Counted from the stretch's first letter, positions 1-9,055 are shown. The stretch: DNA of 18,665 bases from Octopus sinensis (GCF_006345805.1 NW_021836383.1:1-18665); one strand, 5' to 3'. A program made the numbers and translations. The notes: generated by a model from the letters alone, not told the origin.

Positions 1-530
1 AGTTCTTCTGTGTCGACATTACAGAACTCCACTGGCTCTCGTTGATCATCTCCACGCACTTCTCCACTGCAAAATCTACGTCAATCGATGGGTATAGGGA
101 TACCACATCCATGCTACCTACTATACATCCTGTCAGTCACAAGTTTTGTTACAGTCACTGATCCTGCTTAGGAGATCTTCTGTGCTGCACACACATCAGG
201 TGACATCCTGATTATAGGCGTATGATAATTGAGAGGAAGTAGGGGATTCTGTAATTGCTAGCGATATTCGCTCCACAGACTGGTTTGTTGGTGGTCCTGC
301 TATAGGGCAGTAAAACCTTTATGGTCCTTGCGAAGTCCATACAGTGCTGGGATATCATTGTTCCAGGCTTGGAAATTCTTTGCAGTACGTTTCTGAGGTC
401 CCAGAACAATTGTCCACATCATCATGTGGGCATTGAGGACCTTTTCTCTCTCCTCATGCGCCTGTACAGTTGTTACTTTTGTATTGGCGATATGAGGTTG
501 CATTGCCTGGATGTAGTTCGGTAATATATT
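1..530 (-). pseudogene. Penelope-like element (Neptune-like) reverse transcriptase, N-terminal/fingers part; frameshifted, runs off the window edge
   Basis: Manual minus-strand translation gives PLE RT motifs in the expected order: IPALYGLRKDHK (318-353), PVCGANIASNY, STEDLLSRI and GSMDVVSLYPSID (80-118). Frameshifts and stops lie between the motifs. Track ORFs 300..503(-) and 212..409(-) are pieces of it. Confidence 0.9.
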
Positions 531-532
531 AT

Positions 533-1230
533 GTAATGATAGGAATGGGATTTGCCCACTCTATAGGAACAAGTCATGGAACACTATAGAAAGGACAAAA
601 AAGAAAATAGGGAAGGCCAACTCTTGGTATGATAGCCATAAATACCAGAGTGTCATGTTCGTTGACACCACCCCTGGAGGTGAACTGGCGTACCGCTTTA
701 GAAGGACCCTAGATAAACTTAAACTAAGAATTAAGGTTGTTGAAAAGCCAGGCAACCCTATCAGATCTATAATTGGTAGAACCTATCCTTTTAGTAGAAC
801 TCTCTGTACGGATAACTTTTGCACTGTATGTAGATTTAGCCCACAAACAAACTGTAAAGCCAGAAATGTGGTTTATAGTATAAGATGTATATAGGGACGA
901 TGCAGTAACAAGAGAGTAACATACGTAGGGGAAACAGCAAGAAGCATTGGAGAGCGGGTGAATGACATTGGAGACAACTCAGGAAGGTAAAAGCTCATCG
1001 ATTCTGTACCAACACGCCGAACAAGAACACGGGGGATCAATCAATAACATAGAGATTAAGATATTGTCCACACATAGAACAGATGCAACAATTAGACAAA
1101 TTACAGAAGCTACACATATAATAGAAAATAAACCTAGCCTGAATAGAAAACTAGATGGAGCAATAGCACACACACCACAACATATGACGATAGTGGATCC
1201 TGCAAACATAATAAATACACAGATAATTAA
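533..1230 (+). pseudogene. Penelope-like element C-terminal region with Cys-rich linker and GIY-YIG endonuclease; disrupted
   Basis: Plus-strand translation: CPLYRNKSW...VMFVDTTPGGEL...CTDNFCTVC...CKARNVVYSIRCI*GRC...YVGETARSIGER...ILYQHAEQEH...RQITEA...KPSLNRK. NVVY/YVGET is the GIY-YIG motif pair. There is an in-frame stop at 892-894 and frameshifts near 963-980 and ~1155. The probable original stop is TAA at 1228-1230. Confidence 0.92.
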
Positions 1231-1249
1231 AGAAATAGAAATGAATAAC

Positions 1250-1306
1250 TATATATATGTATATGTGTATATATATATATGTATGTTATGTTTGTGTATA
1301 TATGTG

Positions 1307-1359
<53 letters not shown>

Positions 1360-1381
1360 AATTATATATATATATATATAT
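1250..1381. repeat. (TA)n microsatellite with TG interruptions
   Basis: Directly visible. Confidence 0.95.
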
Positions 1382-1690
1382 CGATTAGATTTATTATTAT
1401 TTTACTAATATTGTTGTTATACATACATACAAGCATATGTAATGATATAATGGGTGGATGTAAACACATAACAAAATTAGAACAAAAGCAACAACAACAA
1501 AAACAAAATACAAATTACAAGAATGTATATAACCAGAAGATACAAATTTACAGCATCCCCCCCACACACACACACTAAATAACATAGACGCACATAGAGA
1601 TATAAGCATGCGCAAATGAAGACATACAATAGAAATACAAAATGGCTGACGGTTAGTAAGGAGAGACACAAGTAGTGAGAAGAAAACAAA

Positions 1691-1765
1691 GGACCACTGA
1701 TGCGTCACAAGAGTGTGACGAAGAACTTTGGCCGAAATAAGATTAAGATTAATGTAAAAAATAAA
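1691..1765 (+). ncRNA. Decayed minimal type I hammerhead-like motif, probably in the Penelope 3' pLTR, followed by AATAAA
   Basis: GGACCA-CTGATG-C-GTCACA(AGAG)TGTGAC-GAA-G-AA-C-TT-TGGCC fits helix I, core, helix II, a minimal helix III and helix I'. It has C in place of A9 and one A missing from GAAA. AATAAA is at 1760-1765. Same strand as, and ~460 nt downstream of, the endonuclease relic. Confidence 0.45.
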
Positions 1766-1909
1766 TATCACTGAAGCAAAATAACACCAAATATATAGTG
1801 CGTGTGTGTTTTATTGGCTAAACTGGCATATGACCATTCCGAATATAACAATATCTGTTTCAACACACACGACTTCACATAAAAAATCTTGCACAACAAA
1901 TATTTAAAC

Positions 1910-2049
1910 GTATATATATATAATATATATATATGCATGCATACATAAACGCACACACACAGATATACACGTATTTATGCGTGTGCATGTATGTGAGTAT
2001 GTGCATGCGTGTGTGTGCACGCGTGCATGTGTGTATGTGTGTGTGTGTG

Positions 2050-2118
<69 letters not shown>
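1910..2118. repeat. Compound (TA)n/(CA)n/(TG)n microsatellite
   Basis: Directly visible; source of the spurious THTH/VCVC ORFs. Confidence 0.95.
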
Positions 2119-2177
2119 TGTATTGAGATCTAATTTTGTAATCGAGTATCATCACCCTATCGAAAACTGCGCGAAAC

Positions 2178-2367
2178 AACAAGTTCAATAGAATGTTGCA
2201 AAATGACCTTGCGGTATGTGCCCTGGATCTCTGCGCTCTGATTTCAAATCCCTCTTATGCCAACTTTATTTTCCATTTATCCAGGATCAAGAAATTAAGT
2301 AGAAATGCTAGCGTCTATCTATTTGCTTATACACCCTCACATCAAATTTGAGGCCTTCTGGCTATGC
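2178..2367 (+). mobile_element. Diverged tRNA-derived SINE (variant subfamily)
   Basis: Aligns along its length to the reverse complement of 4433-4618 (shared block ctttattttccatttatccaggatcaagaaat; shared tail catcaaatttgaggcctt). Layout parallels the SINE at 3852. Confidence 0.75.
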
Positions 2368-2415
2368 CAGAAATCAAAGAGTATTATATGACAAAAATGT
2401 ACCAGAAAACTTTAC

Positions 2416-2442
2416 ATTATTATTATTATTATTATTATTATA

Positions 2443-2539
<97 letters not shown>

Positions 2540-2596
2540 TTATTATTATTATTATTATCATTATTATTATTATTATTATTATTATCATCATCATCG

Positions 2597-2641
<45 letters not shown>

Positions 2642-2660
2642 ATTATTATTATTATATTAT

Positions 2661-2693
<33 letters not shown>

Positions 2694-2721
2694 TCACATC
2701 ATCATCATCATCATCATCATC

Positions 2722-2772
<51 letters not shown>

Positions 2773-2810
2773 TTATTATTATTATTATCATTATTATTAT
2801 TATTATTAAT
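2416..2810. repeat. Long (TTA)n/(TCA)n trinucleotide microsatellite
   Basis: Directly visible; source of the poly-I/L/Y/H/S ORFs. Confidence 0.97.
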
Positions 2811-3338
2811 ATTGAGTGAGAGAGCAGTGCATGCCATCAAAGTGATACTGGGGTAAAATATACGAAGCCCAGTATACCCATCATAACTACCTGTCTGATA
2901 AGGGTACACTAAGGACATGCAACATAACCATATGCGTGCGACATGGTGATCTCATATCAAGATAAACAGCACATGACCTTGCAGGTGGGCCCAGTTAGAA
3001 TTTTCTTCTGGTCGAGTAACCGATCCCGCTCAAAAGGTCCCTGAATAAGGATTGTTTAAGGATGTTGAACGAACCACATATGTTTCCAGAGGTGAATTAT
3101 TCAAATCCCAAAGAATCCCTCTCAACACATGGCTATGATGCTCCCCCACTACTTCTGCACATGATCAGAGATGCCCATATCGTCAGCCACTAAGGGACAT
3201 GCTCAACTAGTTAAAGTCAAACAACTGACAAGCAAATCTGTGGTATTTATACCAAGATAAAATAATGTACATGATAACACTTCCAATCAGTTAAGGTCAG
3301 AAGCCACGAGAGCCACTGCCTGGTACTGCATCAGGGCA
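2811..3338 (-). mobile_element. ~530-bp non-coding interspersed element flanked by (TAA)n, longer copy
   Basis: 2811-3183 is highly similar to 3431-3798, and both ends abut (TTA)n. No ORF and no clear Pol III A/B box seen. Minus orientation is inferred from the shared end running into an (AAT)n tail and truncation of the other copy at the opposite end. Confidence 0.75.
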
Positions 3339-3355
3339 GTTATTATTTTTATTGC

Positions 3356-3421
<66 letters not shown>

Positions 3422-3430
3422 TATTATATT

Positions 3431-3796
3431 ATTGAGTGAGAGAGCAGTACATGCCATCAAGTGACACTGGGGTAAAATATACGAAGCCCAATATACCCAT
3501 CATGACTCCCCGTGGATAAAGGTACACCAGGCACATGCATCACAACCATATGTGCGCGACATGGTGATCTCATATCAAGATAAACAGCACATGACCTTGC
3601 AGGTGGGCCCAGTTAGAATTTTTTCAGGTTGAGTAGCCCATCCCGCTCAAAAGGTCCCTGAATAAGGGTTGTTTAAGGATGTGAAAGAACCACCCATGTT
3701 TTCCAGAGTGAATTATTCAAACCCCAAAGAATCCCTCTCAACACATGGCTATGATGCCCCCCACTACTTCTGCTCGTGATCAGAGATGCACATATC

Positions 3797-3798
<2 letters not shown>
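3431..3798 (-). mobile_element. Second, truncated copy of the (TAA)n-flanked element
   Basis: Starts with the same attgagtgagagagcagt terminus and stops at catatcgt (equivalent to 3183), then (TTA)n follows at 3799-3851. The spacer 3340-3430 is (TTA)n. Confidence 0.8.
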
Positions 3799-3851
<53 letters not shown>

Positions 3852-4069
3852 GGCGGTGAGCTGGCAGAGTCGTTTGCACGCCGGGCGAAATACTTAGCAG
3901 TTTTTCGTCTGTCTTCGTGTTCTGAGTTCAAATGCCGCCGGGGTTGACTATGCCTTTCATGCTTTCGGGTTCGATAAATTAAGTAACAGTTATGCACTGG
4001 GGCCGATGTAATCAACTAGTCCCGTCCCCCAGAATTTCAGGCCTCTTGCCGATAGTAGAAAGGATTATT
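3852..4069 (+). mobile_element. tRNA-derived SINE (octopus-type)
   Basis: A-box-like ggcggtgagctggcag, B-box-like gagttcaaat, body ctttcat..ttcggg.tcgataaattaagta, tail aatttcaggcct...gtagaaaggattatt. Homologous to 5581-5792. Confidence 0.85.
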
Positions 4070-4275
4070 GAGCTTATTATTTTGTAGCTATTGGCTACGC
4101 CTCTTTATGTTCTGAGTTCAAAATCTCATCAGAAATTATTAGGTCTCACATACTGATTTGTCGGTAGGAACCAGTTGTAACACCATATGTCAATAAACAA
4201 TAGTAAGACAACACAATCAATTTAGTCTTCCTGCAAAGCTGTGGCCTCGTATTGATACGAGACATTCTCTCTTTG

Positions 4276-4800
4276 TTAAATCGAGTTTCGTCGAACTGCA
4301 CAGATGTTCCTCCAATAGTCCCTGTCCTCCAGTGCCGACTTCAACTCGAGATCTGATAAGCTGGTGTCAATCACTGGTCTGTCAACATGTTATAGATGAT
4401 TGACCTCTGATCCTGTGGTCATACGTTGGTGCGCATAACCACAAGGCCTCAAATTTGATGGGAGGGTGTATGACCTAGTAGAAAGGTCCTAGCATCTCTA
4501 TTTCTTGATCCTGGATAAATGGAAAATAAAGCTGGCATAAGCGGGATTTAAAACCAGATCGCAGAAATCCAGAGCAATTACCGCTAGGTTGACTATGCAA
4601 CGTTTTACTGAATTCGTTCGTTCCTGGTCCGGTAGCAGTGTCCAGAAAAACGGAACCTCCTGGCTATGACCACCTCTGATATCGGGGGAATGTCCCTGCA
4701 GAAGTCTTTATTGGTCGCCTTCTGCTGCAATTAGATATTCAGTGCGTGTCGGAGTAAGCGAGTATAGAATCCGTCTGGTTGTTTTTGCAGCGTGAGAAAT
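4276..4800 (-). pseudogene. RTE-clade (RTE-X-like) LINE, RT C-terminus relic, interrupted by a SINE
   Basis: Manual minus-strand translation: DGFYTRLLRHALNI* (4734-4775) ...IPPISEVVIARRFRFSGHCYR (ending 4629), then after the SINE APTYDHRIRG...VD...DTSL..LELKSALEDRDYWRN (LEDRDYWRN at 4306-4332), stop at 4276-4278. This matches the RTE C-terminal pattern DGxYTRxLR / RRLRFxGHCxR / DRxxWR. Not present in the ORF track. Confidence 0.8.
4433..4618 (-). mobile_element. Diverged tRNA-derived SINE (same subfamily as 2178-2367), inside the RTE relic
   Basis: Reverse-complement alignment to 2178-2367; interrupts the RTE reading frame. Confidence 0.75.
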
Positions 4801-5170
4801 TAATGACGGAAATTAGACGTTAAAACACTTATAGAAATGTCTGTCTTCAAGTTTTGTAAATATTCTGCATATTTGCATTCTTATTCCATCATTCGAGAGG
4901 CATATTGTGACTTTTCACCTCAGAAAAATGCAGGAAGATGAATGGTTCTTAACGCCTTTAGCTAAGCGGGTCAGCACAAGGCATTGCGCAGATAGACCGA
5001 ATTTGAAATCACGTTGTTGGACCTACCAATCACACAACCTGCGTCTACAACAGGAGCGTCAGCGAAACATAATACATAATTTCTCATTACCTTATTTCAC
5101 CAAGCTCCCACGAAGAGACAAGATGGTTTTTCATGAGAAATTCAACAGTTTGGATCACCCATTTACATGT

Positions 5171-5472
5171 GGAGGCACATGGCCTAGTGGTTAGAACAGC
5201 GGACTCGCGGTCGAGGGATCGCGGGCTCGAATCTCAGACCGGGAGGTGATGTGTATTTATGAGCGAAACACCTAAGCTCCACGCGGCTCCGGTAGAAGGT
5301 AATGGCAAACTTCTGCTGATTCTTTCGCCTCAACTTTCTCTCACTCTTTCCTCCTGCATCTAGCAGCTCACCTGCGACGGACCGGCTTCCCGTCCAGGTG
5401 GGGAACCTATACGCCGAGGAAACCGGGAAACTGGCCCTTATGAGCCAGGCATGGCTCGAGAAGGAAAAAAAA
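5171..5472 (+). mobile_element. tRNA-derived SINE with V-domain-like central block, A-rich tail and perfect 14-bp TSD
   Basis: A-box tggcctagtggttag, B-box-like gggctcgaatc, block cctgcgacggaccggcttcccgtccagg resembling the V-SINE domain as I recall it. TSD acccatttacatgt at 5157-5170 and 5473-5486. Confidence 0.88.
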
Positions 5473-5580
5473 ACCCATTTACATGTCTCTGAACACAAAT
5501 ATACAAACTATTAACATTATTGACCGAAAATTTTACATAGGAATTGGATCAGTTTTATCAATATTATTTATATTTTACAA

Positions 5581-5792
5581 CGTGGTGAGCAGGCAGGAGC
5601 GTTAGCATGCCGGACAAAATGCTCAGCAGTATTTCGCCGGACTTTACGTTCTGAATCCAAGCTCTTCCACTGGTCAACTTTGCTTTTCATCCTTTCGAGA
5701 TCGATGAAATAAATACCATTTAAGCACTGGGGTCGGTATAATCGACTTAACCATTCCACGAAATTTCTTGCCTTCTGCCACAGTTTGAAGCC
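5581..5792 (+). mobile_element. tRNA-derived SINE (family of 3852-4069)
   Basis: Collinear with 3852-4069. Degenerate 18-bp TSD: attatttatattttacaa (5563-5580) and attatttatatttaacca (5793-5810), 2 mismatches. Confidence 0.85.
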
Positions 5793-6628
5793 ATTATTTA
5801 TATTTAACCATGTGTGACACGACACGACTCAGTTTTCTCGATGAGTCAAGAACTTGGCAGCTCTCTTTTCCATTTTTAGAGAAACCCTTTTTTAAAATTA
5901 AACCTCCATTTATTAACATTATTGACCGCAAACTTTATATAGGAATTGAATCTATATATCTCTTCTCTGATCAATCTCTCATCAGTTTCTTCAAGTATCA
6001 CTTGAAGAGGAAGGTGAGAGTAGAGAGGGGAAGTTTTGTCTAGTGAATGCTTCAAAAAAAGATGGGTTAATTGTATGTGAATGACGGAGCCAGCTTGAGC
6101 ATAGTCCTATGAACCAAAAGAAAAAAAATGAAAAACGAAAGGAAAAAGAGGGCCACTTACTGTAATGTGTTTTCTTTTTGCATGACACTATTGCCCAAGG
6201 TTCCCGTGGTCTTTTCCGTAGGCTTTTCTATCCACGGACACACCTAATCTGTTTTCCCTTTTTACATTGACATTTCTGTGATACACGATCCCTATTGATC
6301 GGCCCCACTATTTTTTTCACGATACCTTTTGATCGGAATTCGCCCCCTCCCCTTTTTTCTTTCTTTTTTCTTTTTCCTTCTTCCCAAAAATAAAAGTTCT
6401 ACTTTGTATTTTGTCCCTTCTGTGGTCAGCCCTGCGCGGCCAATAAAGAAATCTATTTTCGTTTATCACGGAGGTTTATTTTTAAAATAACTTTTTAAAA
6501 TAACACAATGGTAAATAAATCATCTTCAGGCATTTTGTAAACGGAACGAACAGTAGACTCATTGATACTACAATAGTGAAGCTTCCACCTTCATGTATTT
6601 TCTTGGTCATTTCTACTTTTTCTTCTAG

Positions 6629-6715
6629 ACAGTACCCTTGCCTGCACCGTTTGGTAACTATCAAACGCCTTCGAATTTTTATGCTCACTCGTCCCATGTT
6701 GATGGATACGTGTAC
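6629..6715 (+). CDS. Possible 87-bp internal exon of an unidentified host gene
   Basis: Long pyrimidine tract ending ttttcttctAG at 6628, donor-like GTAAAT at 6716, length divisible by 3. Open in phase 0 (TVPLPAPFGNYQTPSNFYAHSSHVDGYVY). No homology recognised. Confidence 0.25.
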
Positions 6716-7294
6716 GTAAATCTGCATTTAAAAAAAAAAGCGCAGCCTCGCAGTACTTAGATAAAAGCACAAACCACAATCAATGCATCGTGGGTAGCTG
6801 AGCATTGCGAGAGGTCTCTGGAGCGTGCAAGCAGAATTTTTGCGTACAAGCAGTTACTGCTTACAAGTAGAATTTTCGATAGATCGCCGACCTGTGTTAT
6901 CCCAGATCAATCTATGATAAGCAATTGCGCGTACTATTTTATTCTGGAACAATGATGAATGAATCAGTGATAAACGAAGCTACATGTATTACACACTCCA
7001 TTACTTTTCTGTGTACATATATACTATTATCCGCTGCTGCATTGCATCTCAGCCGATCTTCCGATAAAGTTACGGTATCTTTCTGGTTCGTGACTTTCTA
7101 AGCTAGTGATGCAATTCCTAACATAAGTGTGACCATTTTGTTTGTTTTTCATAGGTTTTTTTTTCTTTTTCGCTTTTTTTTTTTCTACCCGGTGACAGAA
7201 GGCGAGATTATTTGAACCCAAAACGCAAACGGCAGAAACAGACACAACTAGCCATGCTGTCCAACATTCCAACAAACTACCTCCAAACCACTAC

Positions 7295-7435
7295 CCTGGT
7301 TTGATGTTTTATTTATCGACCCCGGAATAATGAAAGAAAGACAAAGACGTCTTTAATAAGATTTGAACCCAGAGTGAAAATTATCGGAACAGATACCGCA
7401 AACCATTCCTTCCGACGCTCTTAGCTCATCACCAG
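7295..7435 (-). mobile_element. Degenerate tRNA-derived SINE 5' half
   Basis: Reverse complement reads ctggtgatgagct...gcggtatc...ctctgggttcaaatc...ccggggtcgataaataaa, collinear with the 3852/5581 SINE head. Confidence 0.7.
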
Positions 7436-7677
7436 ATTTATATCTATAAGCAAAAGAAGTATCTATTGATGAACTCATTGTTGTGACAGATTAAAATGAA
7501 CAAAAAAAAAATGATAAATCTCACGATTGTTAGATTAGATATATTCATTCTTATATAAAACTAATTAATTCATATGCTTTATGAATTAATAAGTTCTGTA
7601 AGAAATTTTACTCAAATACTTATTGTCTATTCTACACACCCTTTCGAGTCATAAGTAATTTTCTCGTACACTTGATA

Positions 7678-7713
7678 CCAAATATACGCCATCGTAAGAT
7701 GGCGTATATTTGG
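7678..7713. repeat. Perfect 16-bp inverted repeat with a GTAA loop
   Basis: ccaaatatacgccatc (7678-7693), gtaa, gatggcgtatatttgg (7698-7713). Confidence 0.95.
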
Positions 7714-7870
7714 AGTGTTACTTTGTTTTTCTCGTATACTTATCGTCAAATCTACACTACCAGATTACCAATGTAGATGTCTCTATGGTGGGAATGCACA
7801 TCCTTTTTCGTCCAAAGGGTCAAATTGTGAATTCGATCACTCAAGGCGGGCTGCAAAGCATATCCATATA

Positions 7871-8100
7871 CTCTTTTACTTGTTTCAGTCATTTGACTGC
7901 GGCCATGCTGGAGCACCGCCTTTAGTCGAGCAAGTTGACCCCAGAGCTTAGCTTATTCTTTGTAAACCTAGTACTTATTCTATCGGTCTCTTTTGCCGAA
8001 CTGCTAAGTTACGGGGGCGTAAGCACACCAGCATCGGTTGTCAAGCGATGTTGGGGGGACAAACACAGACACACAAATATATACACACATATACACAAAC
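7871..8100 (-). mobile_element. 3' half of a common octopus-type composite SINE that normally contains an internal (TA/CA)n tract
   Basis: ctcttttacttgtttcagtcatttgactgcggccatgctggagcaccgcc...tgtcaagcgatgttggggggacaaacacagacacac, recognised from memory of a highly repeated octopus element. Ends at a microsatellite. Confidence 0.7.
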
Positions 8101-8116
8101 ACACACACATATATAT

Positions 8117-8171
<55 letters not shown>

Positions 8172-8179
8172 ATAGATAT

Positions 8180-8220
<41 letters not shown>

Positions 8221-8237
8221 TAGATAGATAGATAGAT

Positions 8238-8304
<67 letters not shown>

Positions 8305-8320
8305 TAGATATAGATATATA
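8087..8320. repeat. Compound (CA)/(TA)n/(GATA)n microsatellite
   Basis: Directly visible. Confidence 0.95.
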
Positions 8321-8400
8321 TAAAACTTAACTTGTGTGTCTGTGTGTGTGTCTGTGTGTTTAACTTCCCGGCACATCTCCTCCTAGCCAACAAATCGTAG
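8317..8400 (+). mobile_element. 5' end of a non-autonomous Helitron-like element (3' end not identified)
   Basis: Shares ataaa.ct.aa.ttgt.tgtct and atctcctcc.ag.c with the 5' part of the 9056-9445 element. Confidence 0.45.
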
Positions 8401-8913
8401 AACCACCAAAAATGGGTCACTTAAAGTTTAGGCGAATGAAAATTGAACTGCGCTATTTCTGTTCCGAAATCCATCTCGCAAGTGCAAAAATCGATAATGT
8501 GTTTGTTTAGGCCTTATCCCATGCATTGAAGAGGGAACTTTACTCAGTCAGCTGTTTGACGTGAACTGTGTTCACCACGCGTGCAAGCATGCGTAAATTG
8601 CATGAAAAATAGAAAATCAAGATATAAAAACGAACCGCCGTAAACATTGTAGAAATTCGGCAAAGAAATGACTTTTCGGGATGTAGCCTGGAGGGTTTTT
8701 TCGTATTAATCGTTTGGACTTTGTGAACACATACCAATTGTTTTCATAACATTTTTAACGCTTTTAATTAAATGTGACCATTTTGCGTTGAGTCTGCAGT
8801 TTGAATCACTCTAACCAAATTATAGCAGGCCAGATTTTTGATCATCACGATACATCGCCAGCGACTCCCTGAAACTCTCCCCTGAAATACCCGTTGAGAA
8901 ATCTATATATACG

Positions 8914-9053
8914 TATAATTGTTAAAGAGGACAATAAATGCTAAGGCAAGACAAACATCTCAAGTCAAATACATTATTATTATTGGGAAAATATGTATAT
9001 GACTTGAGATGCTTGTCTTGCATTAGCGTTTCTTGTCCTCTTTAACAATTATA
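8914..9053. repeat. Fold-back element: 54-bp inverted arms with a 32-nt spacer
   Basis: Arms at 8914-8967 and 9000-9053 have 4 mismatches in 54 bp. Both outer ends lie in TA runs. Confidence 0.92.
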
Positions 9054-9055
9054 TA

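Noticed and set aside
1279-2918. ORFs rich in YI, VC, TH and poly-I/L/Y/H
   Set aside because: They are translations of (TA)n, (TG)n and (TTA)n/(TCA)n microsatellites, which lack stops in some frames.
3240-3338. Possible HDV-like ribozyme at the presumed 5' end of the TAA-flanked element
   Set aside because: I could not build P1, P3/L3 and P1.1 in the correct order; only a simple hairpin is present.
2811-3798. Repeat-spacer-like alternation suggesting a CRISPR array
   Set aside because: The units are hundreds of bp and the intervening sequence is simple (TTA)n; the context is eukaryotic with no cas genes.
5171-5245. tRNA-like sequence (also at 3852 and 5581)
   Set aside because: These are SINE heads: no complete cloverleaf, and they continue into a SINE body, tail and TSD.
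4907-5498. ORFs 4907..5194(+) and 5184..5498(-)
   Set aside because: No recognisable motifs; they run into or lie antisense to the SINE.
6150-6260. Minus-strand donor-like GTAAGT near 6160
   Set aside because: No pyrimidine-rich acceptor upstream on that strand and no recognisable peptide.
6760-6980. Cluster of GATA-, Runx- and Sox-like motifs suggesting an enhancer
   Set aside because: Such short AT-rich motifs are expected by chance here, and no conservation evidence is available.
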